Source: Balanoglossus misakiensis
Lineage: Eukaryota > Animalia > Hemichordata
Length of the DNA stretch: 64,000 bases
Direction: 5' to 3'
Assembly: GCA_040954595.2 (NCBI GenBank)
Contig: CM082581.2
Location: 11,840,286 to 11,904,285, forward strand
Shown here: positions 14,701 through 29,700 of the stretch, piece after piece
Numbering within the stretch: the stretch's first letter is position 1
Layout: each line of letters opens with the position of its first letter
The notes under the pieces: model-generated
What the model was told of the DNA's origin: nothing
Databases searched by the model: none
What the model saw: only the letters and a program-made list of their open reading frames with translations
Position numbers and translations under genes: made by a program

Positions 14701-17700
14701 CCCCTCGTCTTTCTTCCCCTAAGCCTTGTGACAATGTTGATTTTATGTTTGTATTTCCCCATTAGAGTTGAGTTCATTGAAAGTGAAGATCCCTTAATCC
14801 TGCAACAACAGCTAACACTTGATTATTTTGTATCGTTGCCTACATCTCGTAATCTGCACATTAATTCCCAGTACATGACTTTAATGTAGATTGCATGACT
14901 GGTGTTGCAGAAAAGAAGATTTGAACACACACACAATAAACGTTCACACGCTGCCTTGATTTTTCACTGCAAATTCTACAACCCTGCCCCCAAAATGAAT
15001 CAGCTTTTCTGAGAAACATTTTCCACTGCCTTCTAATGCAGCAAATTGTTTTATATCAATTTTATCCATTAGAATATTGGTCATTTGGGAATATCAAGCT
15101 TGATTTGGCATGTATAGTAAATCCAGGCTAATACAGACCTTGTCGAAACCAGGATGTACTCAAGAATGAGCAATATTCTGAGTATCACAGAAGTAATTCA
15201 CATCACAGACTGCACCAATTTTATACCTTTAATTGAATTTCTCAGGCCACTTGAGTAGAGGTTGTGTCAGGGTTTTTTATAACTCAAATGTGGCTTTTTC
15301 TGCAAATTTTGTAAAGTGACCCTGCTCCTGCATTATAAAGTCAAAGCAGATGTTGAATTTTCTTCTTTAAAAATTATGAGATGAAAGAAATATATTCTCT
15401 GGTCATGGCAACTAGGTCTCCACCATACATCGTTTGATTACAGATATTTCATGCTATCCACATTACAATTTAAATGTTACTCTGCACAGTACTGCAAACA
15501 TGCAATTGTGGACGGAAATCAGAATTCACTGAGCCTCTACCCATGCATGGAATTTCAAGTGAACAAATTTAAAAGAATTCAAAACATCACATAAACACTG
15601 TATTTATACACATTTAAGCTAGGAGTCTGACAAATCAGATTGAATATTCTCTCCTAGGAAAAAGTGGCTGGGTTTAAACATCCAAACAATTTGTGTCAGC
15701 TGCTAATAGTGCTATTATCAAAGAGAAAAAATTCATTGATACATATCTCTAATTTCAGGTTTGAAGAAGTTAAGGCACATTGCCTTAGATTACGATCAGT
15801 AGAGGATATATATTTTCTTTCCAGATGACCTCTAGGATTGGCTGAAGCTATCCTTCTGTTGTGAAATTGTTGATACACTCTAGCTGAATTAAAGTTTATG
15901 TGTTGGCTCGGCAGATAGTCTGATATAGAATGAGGCTACATGGTGGTTGCATGTACTTCTATTATCATGATTATCCTTGATGTAGATCGAGTCACTCTGC
16001 ATCACTGACTTCAGCTTGTGATGGAAATGAATGAATGGTTAAAAATAGAGCAATGTTCATTCAGTGCATATCCCAATGAACATAAATTGCATGCACATGT
16101 ACTCGTGGTATTTAAACAAATCTCAGCAAAAGCAGTTGTTTTTGTATATTAGTAAATTTTAATTTTATGCAAAAACTATGAAATAGACAAGAATTTCTGA
16201 TCAGTACCGGTGTAGTAAAACAAAACAGAGAGCAATTCCAGTCATGTTTAAAGACCATTACAACAAAAGTGGATTGTGTGATAATTGATTGAAGTAGAAA
16301 ATAGAACTTGAATGAAAATGTTGGATGTAAAAATTTATCTTTCGATAGCTGATAAATTAAGTTGAACGGAAAGTGTCTGGTGGTTCGCTTTCACTTTATC
16401 ATTGGCATGATCTAATTTGAATTACAGGATCTAAAAAGCACCATGGCTACCGTTAGTCAGTGTAATTTACCTGTCTTTTGAGTTTTACTGAATCCAATTA
16501 TCCAACAGTAACCTTGGTCACTCATCATTCTTTCTCTTCTCTTTCTTTTTATTTGTTCTTTCAGAATTAATTCGGCGACTTGTGACGAACGAGTTTGATA
16601 TCACTACGGAGTACACCAAGGTAAATTGGGATAAAAATTGTGATTTTGTTTCATAAAGTGCCGGCCAATCGATAATGGTGACTTCTTATAACACGCTGGT
16701 TAAATTGTGGTGTAACTTCAGAGATGGAGAAGACAGAAACAGTACACATGAAGACGTTACACTCAAGTCTTAAAAAATCAGCTTGGTTTCTTTTTCCCCC
16801 AGCAGAGTGAGATGTTTAGGCATTTAGCCCAACTGTTCATCATTTTGTGACAAGCAATTTGGAACGAAGCCATACATTAAATGAAATGACTTTGAGCAAG
16901 CTGTCACTTTGCTGATTGTGTTTTAAGGCCAGAGCATTTAGCAGACAGATGATTGACGTTCACGTTAATGGCCAGGATGGACCTGAAAATTTGTGCATGC
17001 ATATCGACTCTCTCAGCTTGACTTTGATTGGGATGGTGAAAGTGAGCGCGATATCGAGAGCGTGTTGAAGCGTGGCTCTTCAGATTTCTTCTGACACATT
17101 TGTGTAGACTGCATTTTCAAGTGGAAGATACCCCTGTCTGTTTGGTTGAGTTCACAAATATGAATTGACTTACAAGAATCTGAAGTCCTGTTTGTGTGTG
17201 AGCCAAAAACTGTATGAAAAATGACACAATTTCTATGCTTCACTAAAGTGTCTTAATTTTAGCAGAAAAGAAAATCTCTTTGCCATAACTCATGAGACCC
17301 AAAATTAATTGGATAATTAAATTTATGTGACATTAATTTGATTTGCACACACGGCATCAAAACTTAAATGGAAAATGAAAGACAGACAGTGGCAGAATGT
17401 TAATAAGCAGTTTTACTAATAAATTAACTGGGGATTCAGAATTGGGCCTTTAATGCACGCTAATACCCCTCTTGGCCATACACATTTCCAATCTCTGCAC
17501 ATCTAGCCAAGTGTTAATTTGATCATCGGAAAAGGTCATCTCTGTACTTTTAGAAAATGGCACTGCTTGAGAAATTCCACGCCTGCATCAACATGCACTC
17601 TGGCACACAGGTACTGATTTAGTGTGACTGCTTCGAACGATTGACAATGACACTACCGAGCAGCGCTCACCTTGTGTAATGGGCCAGTTTAGTCGGGCAA

Positions 17701-20700
17701 ATACAGAGTGAGTTTCCATGACAAGTTGAATTGGACTTGATCAGTTGCCGGGGAGCTCTATTAACTGCTGAAATCTGTAGCTGTAGCATATTATTCCCCT
17801 GGCCCAGACTGACACATTGGATCGGGCTACGCACGTATCCATGTCTTTCTGTGAAATCTACTGATATTCAGCAAATATAAATTTGAAATCAAAGTGCAGC
17901 AAGACATGTTAGCTTAATAAGCATACATTAATGTGAACATGCAAAGACTTTTTGAACTTGTAGGTCTGAGCCATGTTAGAGGAAATTTAATATATGAACA
18001 GATATTGAATTTAGCATGTAGGCGGTCTATTAAAGTTAAAGCTTAAAATTTTTAATTGAAATCATAAATCATCATCATGGTATAATGTTTAGTGAAGTAT
18101 GTAGGAGGTAGCCTGTTGCAGTATCAGAAAAGTGTAAAATTAGGTACAAGGGTAAAAATATGTGGGTTCTATAGCCTAATTTTATCAGTTCTAACAAAAA
18201 TAAAAGTATTATTATTCTTGGAAACAAGCTGCTGCTCTATGTTCATTTCTTTACTTTTCAATCCAATATTCATGCAAAAAGGAGTGACATGATTTCCTAC
18301 TGAATCTCTTCCCTGAAGTGCCTTCTACTTCAAATGTAACTGTATTTATTTAAAAATAAAAGGATATAGAAGGAATTATTTGACAACTCTTCAGTGTGTT
18401 TGTAGTCGGACAACATCAAAGAGACCAGTCTTAGTTAAAAAACAAGAACGAGGAGGAAAAATAAATAAAAGGCTTTTAATGGTCGCCATAGTAAATAGCT
18501 CTTATCAAACACATTTTTACCCTGTCAAACTAAGGACAAAATGGAACTTTCACCAAGTCATTGAACTTGGGAAGTGAGTTACGGGTGTCTGTTTTAATTT
18601 GAAATTGCACTTTGTAATGGCACAAAGGAAGAAGTTAAATTTAAAAAGGGGGATTTCAAATAGGCTATGGGCATATGGCAGCATATCCTTAATCTGTATT
18701 AAATTGTGACTCAGACAGCGTTAGGTTTCTACTTTATTTTTCATAGGGATATTCCATTTTCACCGTTACATACGTCAGATTATCCGTAATATCATAAAAA
18801 GTGCAGTTTAAGTCATTTTCTGAGGCTATTTAGTATTTGATGATCACCAGGAAAAATGTTCTGCCTGTTATTCCTGGTTGCCTCAGTGGAGTGCAGAATT
18901 CCATTAGGGATATACGCAGTTATGGTACAAAAGACCTTAGAAGACAGCTGAGTTCGACTCGGAACACAGATTCATTAAAATATAAAAGAGACAGACAGAG
19001 TTATATGGCATGTTATTTTGTGTCTCCCTCTCCAAATGCCCTTATGACATGGAGTGTGGGCATTTCAGTTCTATTTCAGTGCATTTTACCACCTGATAAA
19101 CTGTCAAAATTTCCTGTAACATAAGTTTTGTTTTATGTCCTATTTTGTGCAAATCACATTTTATTCAACAAGTACCCTGGCCTACGTGATCTCCATGACA
19201 AGTGAGACGGCACTTTCACTCGGGGTTCAGTCGTTGGAAAGCTTTATGTAATTGCTCTTTTAGTCACTCTGCAGAGAATCATGGAGTTTTTTGTAGCTGT
19301 TTTCAAACATCAAAAAACATGGCTGTGCCTTTTGACACAACTGTGGTTTAACATCTGTTTCGTGTGAGTTAATTCATTGTGAAATGGACAGTAGCTCTAA
19401 ACTTATACTCTTCTAAAACCTTTTTGTATGTGTTCCTTCAAGACTTATACTTGTGTACTCCCATAATGCATCACTTGTTGAGTCAAATGGAAGTTTTTTT
19501 TGCGCTAATGGGATAACAGTTGACATGTATGCTCACAGTGTGGTATTTTATGATACAAGTAAGTGAAGTATCAATACATGCATATCTGCAGGCTGTTGTA
19601 AAAGGGCTACCGTTACAGGTTCTCTAATAACTTAAAACAAATGTACACATGACATTTCAGTTGATCTTAAGTAACCTTGATCTCTGATCCTTCCAGCTAC
19701 TTGCAAAAATCTATCAAACTTTAATTCCCATTCTCATGAACACCCATGATCTCCTCGATATTCCGAGCAGGCACAGCTAACCTGTATTAATTCCATGTTG
19801 CATCCATAAGGGTGCTTTACGCAATGACTGTCATAAATTGTGGTAATACACTGGTGTTATACTTTACTCTGGGTTTCATTGGGCCATTTCTCAAGTCTCA
19901 CAATTGCCCACATGTCGGCATGGTTTATCTATAACATCATTTCATTCTGTAAAAGATGTACTTTTGAATTTGAAAATGGATGCGTAATCACCCGGCCGTT
20001 CATTTTATGAAATCATTCCCGTGTTTATGTTAAGAGTTTTCAGCCGGTCTTTTCATCATAATTATGAGTTGGATGTTTACAAGGATGTAAAACTGCAGAG
20101 AGAACACCTGTGGTCCGGCTTAATATTGCCATCAAATGGTATTATTTTCAGTCATCAAAGACATTTTGGTTTCCCTCCACAGCAATAATATCTGCCAGCT
20201 GAGATTGGTGGACATTCTTACATGTATTAATGTTTCTGCAATGAGTCGATCCTCCAAACCGTGAATGGTTATTGCCTTTCTATCTTTTTTCTCTTACTAG
20301 AACTGAGGTGACTGACCCTTTTCCTCATTTGACAGAATTCCCTTCCAATTGTTTTGTTTCATGAGACAAATAACGTGTTTACAAATAATGGTGTTATAGC
20401 TGTCAAATCACAACATTTATTAATAACTTAACACAAAACAATGCTTCTCTATGATCTTTTTCAGATTATTGATTATGAAATAGGCTTTGTAGTCTGTGCC
20501 AGCATTGGCATCCTCTTCATCCTGTTCATGCCACTTGTGGGACTCTGCTTCTGTTGCTGTCGTCTGTGTGGTCGCTGCGGCGGAGAGATGATGCAGAAGC
20601 GTGGCAAATTCTCCGACTGCAAACGTACGGGCTATGGCATCATTCTCTTTCTCATCGTAGCAGCAATGACGTGAGTATCATTAAATTTCCGTGCTGTTTC

Positions 20701-23700
20701 CATATCTATATCACTCCTCTGTTTCTATTTCTGATGGTGGAATATAAATCACAGAAAACCCATGAGATCACGGGGCCATTTGTTTAAGCCGGAAAATGAC
20801 ACTTTAATGGGTACATTTGTACAATGTTAATGGAAGCCAGTTTACAAAAGGTGGAGAATATGTGAGACAAGGAATGTTAGTATTTTTAATGTACCAAAAG
20901 ACATTGGATGTGCGAAGTGTGTATAGTACAGCATCAATTATTGTTCTGTGATTTTACTCAGCTAAAATCACAGACACTGTATATGCTAAAATGAGCAATA
21001 TGATATGGTTTCGCTAAACATTGATTATGAAAATACATTCCATGAAAATTTGATGTGTAAATCTGATCCACTCAAGATAAGAGAAAATACAAAGGTCAGA
21101 AATATTATGATAAAGTAACAAGTGGGTCAGCCCAGCCCCAGAATATACTTTGATTATTCAATGATGTAGGCATCTTTGATAAATGCCCTAGCCTTGATAA
21201 GAATTTCCCTAATATTTTCAAAAAAGCTCCTAACATAAAGCAAGACCCTCATAGAACTGAACACATTCATTTCATTTCTTTTCGATGTTTGATGCAACCA
21301 CATCACTTAGATTTGATTCCATTTCCAGACGATTAATCTTCCGTCATTCTAATATTACATATTTATGCAAATGAGCTCTCTGACAGATGTGTATATTATG
21401 CGACATGAGTTATTGATGATTCTTATTACTCCGTAATGCTATTAATATAGCACCCCATCAGTGAAACTCAGATATATTCATATTGCTTAAATGAACTTTA
21501 CAGGCTAGTACTTTATGATCGGAGGTAAGAGAGCATCTTTGCCCACGTCAGATCGGTGCCAGCCCTGTAGCAAATTTCAGTTTGAGGTCAAAGTGTATGC
21601 TGTACCTGATCCTGTTAAAAAGTGATCTATATATTCTGTACTTGGGTGAAATATTGTCCATATAGCCTTACATAAGATTGAACAACAAATCACCAAGTAA
21701 TAATCCTGGCAGCTTAGGCTTGTACCACTAGCAAGGCTTTGGTCATTATGTTCACAGCAATGATCTGTAACTATGTGGCTTGTACTACTGATTTATCATG
21801 ATCTCTTTGTTCTTTTGTAACATAGACCATGAATTAAACTTGACATTTGCCCGTTTAGAGGGGAACGAGTAAGAGTAAGCTGGCCGAAAATATTTCACCT
21901 GAGTGTGGGTTCCCCACAGTCTGAATACTGAGTTCCCGACACTGACAAATGTTTCAATATGTTTTCTCTTCTATCTGTTACTGGTAAAGTGGATCTATGA
22001 ATGTAAAAACTAGCTGGCTTCCAAATCAGATGACCTGACTGTTTTCTGAGGAGATGTAATCTGCTCGCAGACGCCATCTCATCATTACCAGTACAGTGAA
22101 AGTTAAATAGAACCCCGAACAATGCATCACACAACCCTTGGGCAAATAGACTCGTACCTGTACAGGACGTTCGCGTTCAGATTTTTTTTTATATCTTTTG
22201 TGACCCTTTTTTATCAGGGTGTAGATAATTACTAGTGTCTCCTTAACGATAAAGAACATAAAGGGCTTATGCTTTACTCAGTGACTTTACATTGATTCGC
22301 TTATCTGCCAGGCACTTATGAGAATGGAGATGCTGTCAGGTTTCTCTGCAGGCAAATGATTCGGCGGCATATTTGCCGGTAGGAAAATATAGCCGTGTTT
22401 CTGTTTCTCCCAGTGGGGGCTGCAGATTGAAAATACCTCTATTTAGGTGACATCACCAGTGGATACGCTACTTTGAATTCTTTGGGGAGAAGTGTCTTGA
22501 ATGGACAGCGGCAATTTACCTGTCAGGGAGTATCAATGACAACTGTTTCAGCGCTTTCATTCGTGACTTTAAGTCTGAATTGTTCCCTGTGGCAGTGAAA
22601 AATTCCATCCCGTCTGCCTCCCCGCTGTTGTGTTTGTCTGATTTTCACAAATGTTCACCTGCTGACTCTTTTTGTGACTGTGAGTGAAAAAGATGCATTG
22701 AATCCATTCTCTCTCCAACTCAGAGCTACATTATACATTACCCTGTTTAGTAGGACACATATAACTTCATTTAAACATGCATTCAGACTAAACCGTAGTC
22801 ATGACTTTCAATTGAGATCCATCACATATAGACTTTTATTGCTAATGCTACATCTATTCACAATGAAGCAGTTAATCTGTCAATTCTAGTATTTAGTGTA
22901 TAAGCTGTAATATCTCTTCCTTTGAAGCAAACCCGGTATTAATTAAAAAATAATAATAACATCAATCCCTGGATGTAAGTAAACATTTCCATAAATATTT
23001 CTGGTGTTTCTACTATGAACTTCTGTTGATTAGACTAGTTTCTTTCTTTAACTCTAGAGTTTGTCATAATATCAACATATACCAGGCCTCTAAAATAGAA
23101 CACAGGCTTGCTATTTATAATCATACAGCTGCTATCAGTGATGGAATATGCATATAGTCTACAGAAGATACCCTCATCTCACCTGTTGTCTGCCATTGCA
23201 AATTGACTGTAGCTCATTTTTTTTTTTCATTTCATATTTCAGTGTTGGAATTGTCTGCACATATGTCAGCAATGAAAGAATCAAGGAATCTGTCACCCAT
23301 ATGCAGAAGACCATTGAAACAAATATGGGCGATATTGAAAAATACATCAACAACTCACTCAAGGCAAGTATTGTGGGGTGTTTGTACACTGGTTAACTCT
23401 CCTTAGTGGATGTCTGGTATTGAATTTAATAGTTGTTTAATTGAAAGGGTACATCTCAAAAAGCTGCATAACATTTGTAAAGTATAGAGTTGCAATGGTG
23501 TTACTGATCATGGAGGTAGCTATTCCACAGTAATTTTGTGTCAGAACTCATAACCAAAGTGTTGTATCTGGTACAGGAGATAAGTCATTTGGAGTAATTG
23601 AGACGGGGATGATTGGACCACACCGCGCCAGCCAGCTTGACCGATAATATTAAGTGACAAGGTTGATATTGAGAGAGATTGCCCCTTTAATAACTCTGAG

Positions 23701-26700
23701 TGCTTGGCGGGACTGGCTGACAGCTTAGGGCCATACCTATTTAACACCAGCTCATCTTCAGTTGCCTTAGATGCGCTGAAAGCACTAATCATGCAGCTGG
23801 CTATTGTCACATCCACTTCTCTCTCGCTGAAAAAGACTCTGGCAACACTTCAAAATCCCTCACATAACTACACTGCCATGAGGCCTAGATCCAACTCCAA
23901 TTACATACCGTCATCCTGAAGAAAAAAAAACATACTCAGAATACTTGCCTGAAAGACATAATTCACAGACTTGTCAGTGGTCCAAAAATAAAATAATAAA
24001 AAGACACACAAGAGCTTTGAGATCTGTACTCTACATGATTTAATAGTTGAGTTTCTTACTTTATTGACTTCATTGTCGTTGAATTGTTGGATGACTTACT
24101 TGCATGCTCACTAAATCTTTATGAGCAAGTCTGCCGTAAATTGTGGATCAATTTATAAAATTGGAACTAGTCACACCAAATAAAATCGGTTTAGTTTTCC
24201 ATTCTGCAGGCCCATACAAAAGTATAAGCCATCAGATGCCATGCGCTGCTAAGGAGCATAACACAGTTTCATCTGATTTGTGTTAATTGTTTGTATGTAA
24301 CAGTTTTAATCCCTGTCTATTCAGTCTCTGTTTCATGAATAATAGAATGAGCAGATCTTATTACAAAATTTGGCTTTTATGTGTAATCACCATCTTCTTT
24401 TCTGATGAGAATCCGAGGGTGAGAAATATCTTGTCTGGTGTCTCCAGATTCCTTTCCACTCGAGTTGAGAAGTGATTTATGGCATGAGGTCAGAAGACCT
24501 TGTCCTATAGAAAGCAAAGGTTGTGCCCCAGCTATCTTAAACCTCGTTCTATTACAACCTAAGGATTACTTGGAGTCAGACAAACCTCTCTCTCTCAGGG
24601 AGACTCTGTGTATATTGTGTGTGGAGTGGAATGAACTGATTGGCAATTGCTACAGCCCTATGTCAGCTGTGTGTACACTTGCAGAAGTTGCATCCTCTGG
24701 CTTGCAATAATTGATCGATTCAGATTGATCTAAAGATAATAAAAAAAATAACTAACCAAGTCCTTGTGATAGCTTTGGCTAAAATTATAATGATAATGTC
24801 AAAACTTGGTTGGAGATTTTGCATTAATTTGTTCATAGTTTAGAAATTTCATGTATAATTGTACCATACAATATGGACATTGTGGAGTTAGGCTACATGG
24901 GTCTATAACCATATGGACCCTCCAGTCTGTATCATACAATACATGCCGTGTATGGTACATGGTAATTGATAGTGAAAAAGACTGCTAGTTTATTGTAATT
25001 GTGATGAGTTGTCAGTTGACACATTCTCACCTTTTGCATGTCTATCTGTGATGCACATACTAATGAATGTCTGCCTTGCCAGACACAATACATTGAAACG
25101 AATTTGATCACTCCGTGAAAATTAACCTCTTCGCCTCATTTCCCAGTGTACAGATCCAACCAGACCGTGGAGAATAATAGGTTGAATTCAAAGGGGGGTT
25201 ATTGTTGAAAGGGGTTGCAAGGTTAATTCACCTTTAATGCATACCTGGACTCAGAGTCTTTTGTTAAGTTTTGAGTAGTCGGAAGCTGCATCTTTAACAA
25301 ACCTTCGACAGATATTGCTGCAAACTTAAATTTCAAGCACGATATATTTTCACACAAGGATAAAAGAGTGGAAAAACAATAAACCTTTGAACCAACCAAG
25401 TTTAAAACACTCTATAATTTATAAAGAGAGAGTATCAATTTAATTATCACATGGATAAGATTTCTTCACTGATATTTTAAACACATGACACCTTATGTAA
25501 TCAATCAATCACCCACACTTTAGGTCAGAAAAACCCCATTTCATCCAGATGTGACCTCGAACAGTTTGACCGTAGCCTTGACCTTGTCAAGTCATGCTGT
25601 CATCTCCTCTCATCCCAGTTAATGTTTCAGAACTTACTGACGTGGAAAGAGCGGCATATCATCAACGGGCAGAAAAGAGAAAATTGCACTTTTGTAGATT
25701 TATATCCCTATGGTCTTAATCACTCGACTGTATTGAAGTTGGTAAATTGACACAACCCATGCACGGCATTTAATTTGCAAAAGTGTTAAAACGTGCAGAG
25801 ATTACAATTCCCAAAACCAGTTTTCCTTTTCATATTTGTTATCATATCAAGTATGAAGCAATATTAAAAGTAGCTTATTTTATAACTCAGAACTCAGGAC
25901 AAACAACACAATTTTTGTTAAACTCTGCACCTGTTCTAGCTTCATACAAACAAAGCTCGACTTGTAAATAGGCAAGGAACCCACTGTCATGGTACCGTAA
26001 TTAACAAAGTCTCGTGAGATCTCGCAATGAGCCGAAAATCATCTATTTAGAAATAACAACACAATATGACAGCTGTAAGCCAGCTTTTCACTTGCCAACA
26101 GTTCTGACTACTTGATGAAGTAGTTGTGACTATCCATACATGTTCAACCTTAAACCTCAATTTAACTGAACAATGTAAAAGTCGAGGATAAGGGTAATTT
26201 ATGTCTTGCTGTCCATCCCTAACTGAAACACCTCCCCAAGGGCGATGTTGCCTAATTTGATCAGCTGCGTCAAGGGAAAAAAATAAGCCTGTAAAAATAA
26301 AAACAAATGGGTTCGTAAATTTTTTCTTTTATTCGGACCGGGAGGCAGTGTAAATCTTGATAGAAAATGTTATAGTGACTAGCTTTGTATTGTCATGCTT
26401 CAATTCATTCAGTGATACCACTCTGCATGATTCACCCTTCAAGTTGACCCATCATATTTTTGCACTTACTGTAATTTTGTCATGTGGATAGGTATGTGTC
26501 TATCAAAGGTGATTTTAAAACACAGTTATTGAGTTTAGATAATGTACTGTATAATAAAATAGATATTTTGTCAATTAAGGGAGGGGTACTAAGCATAACA
26601 GCATGTGGATTTTTGAATCTTTCAGCCCCTAGTTCAGAATGCATGTGTCTAGCTATCACACCTTGTATAGGGGATATACAAGTATAAGAAACTGGATGAG

Positions 26701-29700
26701 CTGACTATAGTATAAGCTGTAACACCACTAGTATAACACATACATCTACACAGTTTAATTCCATGACATGTAATTTGTTCTCTATATCTTTGTAGGAATT
26801 TGATTTCTTGGTGGTCGATCAATACAGCTACGTGAATGGTTTAATCATGCTGGAACTCAGTGCAGAACGTGAGTGGTAGACTCGATACCTCAAAGATCAA
26901 ACCTTGGAGTCATGTTTCAAGCTCAGTTGAAACTCGACCGCGACTTGCATGAGTCGAAAGGATGAGATGTTATTGATCTTTAAAACGCCTTCTTGCTATG
27001 CTCTGTCACACTCTCTATTATGCATTTGGCTGCACTTAATTTTAGATCTGGACAAGGGTAATGTGCCGTGTGGAAAAAAAGATTTAAATTAGCCTACAGA
27101 GTCCTATCAGCAAAGACCTTTGTGCTGTGTGTTTCAGAGGTGGCAATTATCTGTGGTAATAGAGGCAAAATTTGCATGGTTCTATACAAACACATCCTGT
27201 AATTAATTACTTGGTGTAATTATTTTCTTCTTAGGCCAGAGCAATTAAATTCTGTGTTGAACAGACTCATGCGCATAGGTTCTTTAGCGTATATTTATCA
27301 AAAACTGTCAAATTGTGAATTTTTACTTTTATCATTTCATTCTGGCAATTCAAACCACACACAAAAAAGATTTAAAACTTAATAAGAGAATCCTCCTATC
27401 GTAAATGTTTAATCTGACTTTCAACCACATTACAGGTGTTGAAGAAGTTGTTGGAATACCTCTTCATGAAAATCTCACTGGTGTCGTCTATCCAGCCATC
27501 GATGCTCTGACCGCTATGGGGAAAAGTGAGTTTGATTAGTGCATTATATTTAAGTCTGTCGGTATCTATCCTATCTTTTCTTGGCACTGCCAAGAGGACA
27601 TCTATAGTTGAGCATCACACATTGAACTTACAAGCTAGTGGTCTGATACCCTGCAGAGGAAGGTTGCATTATAACTGGTAGATAGCCAGTTGCTATTCTG
27701 TTAATGTTTGTCAATGTGAATGTTTCACTATAGTGTCTGAAGTCTGCCAGGCCTGGGAGTGAGGGGTAACAACTTGCCATTGGGGAAGTACATGCATTCC
27801 CACACTGATACATTAATTTGTAATCTAACACTCTTGTTCATTACGGATCCAAACGGGCAATGATTATGAATCAAGCAGGCAGGAGACTCTTCTTTATGAC
27901 ATCGACAGAAGTGGCAACCTCGCTTTGACAGAGGGTCAGAAGTACACTGAACTCCTGGGCTGGAAATGTCTGTAGAAAAATGAGATATGATGACTTCATG
28001 ACGTACATGCCAATTGTCCTGCAGCAGTAACCCATATTGCTCCAGTTTATCTCAGTGAAAAGTGAATGTAGGACAATTTAGCCATTAGTTTTGTGCTAAA
28101 ATGCTTTTCCCTCATTAATCTGTCGATATTCACCATAAAAAGGACAATTTTTCTGTATAAAAGTGCACAGTTTATTGAAGCTAGGGTAAAATTTCCCAGT
28201 CATTTTAAGTTTTGAGTCATCACATGACAGCATAAATGTGCCACACATTGAATCATTAATCTTGTAAAACTATCAAAAATCAAGGCAGATTCAAAATCCA
28301 AAATGGTATAGCTCCCAGACATTTGTCAAACACAAATGCTTTGGTATAGTTTCAACAGGCTGTTGTCAATTGGCCGTTATACAAACATTACAATTATCAC
28401 AGTGATGTTAGATCTCATCATGTTTGTACAACAGATTTGCAAAACCTACATCCAAGTAAATGATTAAATACATTTATTCTCAACCACACCCAAAACTGAT
28501 TTATCATCAAGAGGATCTTGAGTTCATTTGCATCATATTCCATAGACGTCATCCCAATGGCATGGATAAAGGAATATGCCCATCTTTGTGTAAAGGGGGG
28601 GGGGGGGGGGATCTAAACAAACAAATTTTGGAATACGCCCTTCCAAATATAAAAAAATTATGTCACTGCTGGTAATATTATCAGCACCAACCCCACCCTC
28701 AATAAAGTGTTGATCTTCCGAAAGCTGCATGCAATAGTTTTTATTCTCAAAATTAATGATCGCTGTGAACAACATGCCATTTTCCTTGGAAGAGATAGTC
28801 TTGAGTGAGTAAGTGTGCTAATAAGTTAGTCAAGGAGATCACTGTAAATTTTGATTTCATACTGCACGATAGCATTACAAGAAAAGCTGAATGAATTTAG
28901 AAATGTCACATTCACCTCTGGTGATCATAAACATTTTACTGTTTAAAGAGAGGTACTAGATCAAGTGCATGCATGCTCTAGTCATAAAGTGAATGTTTAT
29001 AGTGGGTGCAAGTGATCCAGTTTAGTACAGAATATTTATGCATGCATTATGCTCACTGGTTGGTATATTTAATACCAGTTGGTATATTTAATAGCACAGT
29101 TTGAAATCCTTGATATTCACAACAGCCTTCGGAAGAGTAAAGCAAAGTGACCGACTATCCAACTGACATGCTGCTTTGATTGCTGTTGGCGGTATACACA
29201 TTTCTCGCCGATAATCGCAGCTCTTTGTGTCGTCACGGCAACAGTTAGAGTGTGTAAAATGGGTTCATTTCTCCAGATGCTCTTGTTTCAATTCTCAAGA
29301 CGGGCAAGACTTGCACTCGCGGTCTGCACTATTACAACCGCTGTTTTAAATCATGTGCGTGACATTGGTCTCTTGGGGAGAAATTACAACTGCTTTTATT
29401 TCAATTAGCTTTACATGTAGGTACAATTCAACCTGAATACTCAGGTGAAAGAACGAGGGAGACTGGCAGTCGATGTATAGAGTAGAATGGTGCCAATCGT
29501 TGCAACTGTCAAGTCTCTGAAAAGAAAAACTGCTTTCTGAAAATACTGATGTGTAACACCTTAGAGCACACATGAAGATTAATTTTTGAAATGTCCTTTG
29601 ATGGAATCCATCTACAAGTTTTTTTGTGTGTGTGGGATAATGATAGTTTTTCCCCATTATGGGATCGTGATTACCCAAAAGGCATTGTGGAATTATCTGT

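Noticed and set aside
23541-23960. Possible nested antisense gene (91-aa ORF, minus-strand acceptor near 23916)
   Set aside because: No recognisable domain and no consistent chain of exons
24860-24958. 11-bp inverted repeat tgtaccataca / tgtatggtaca, possible MITE remnant
   Set aside because: Arms too short and no second copy seen
25552-25584. TGACCT/TGACCG half-site cluster in prominin intron 4
   Set aside because: Spacings are non-canonical or half-sites too degenerate
28568-28720. Poly-G tract with weakly inverted flanks, possible decayed MITE
   Set aside because: TIR similarity too weak to support by eye
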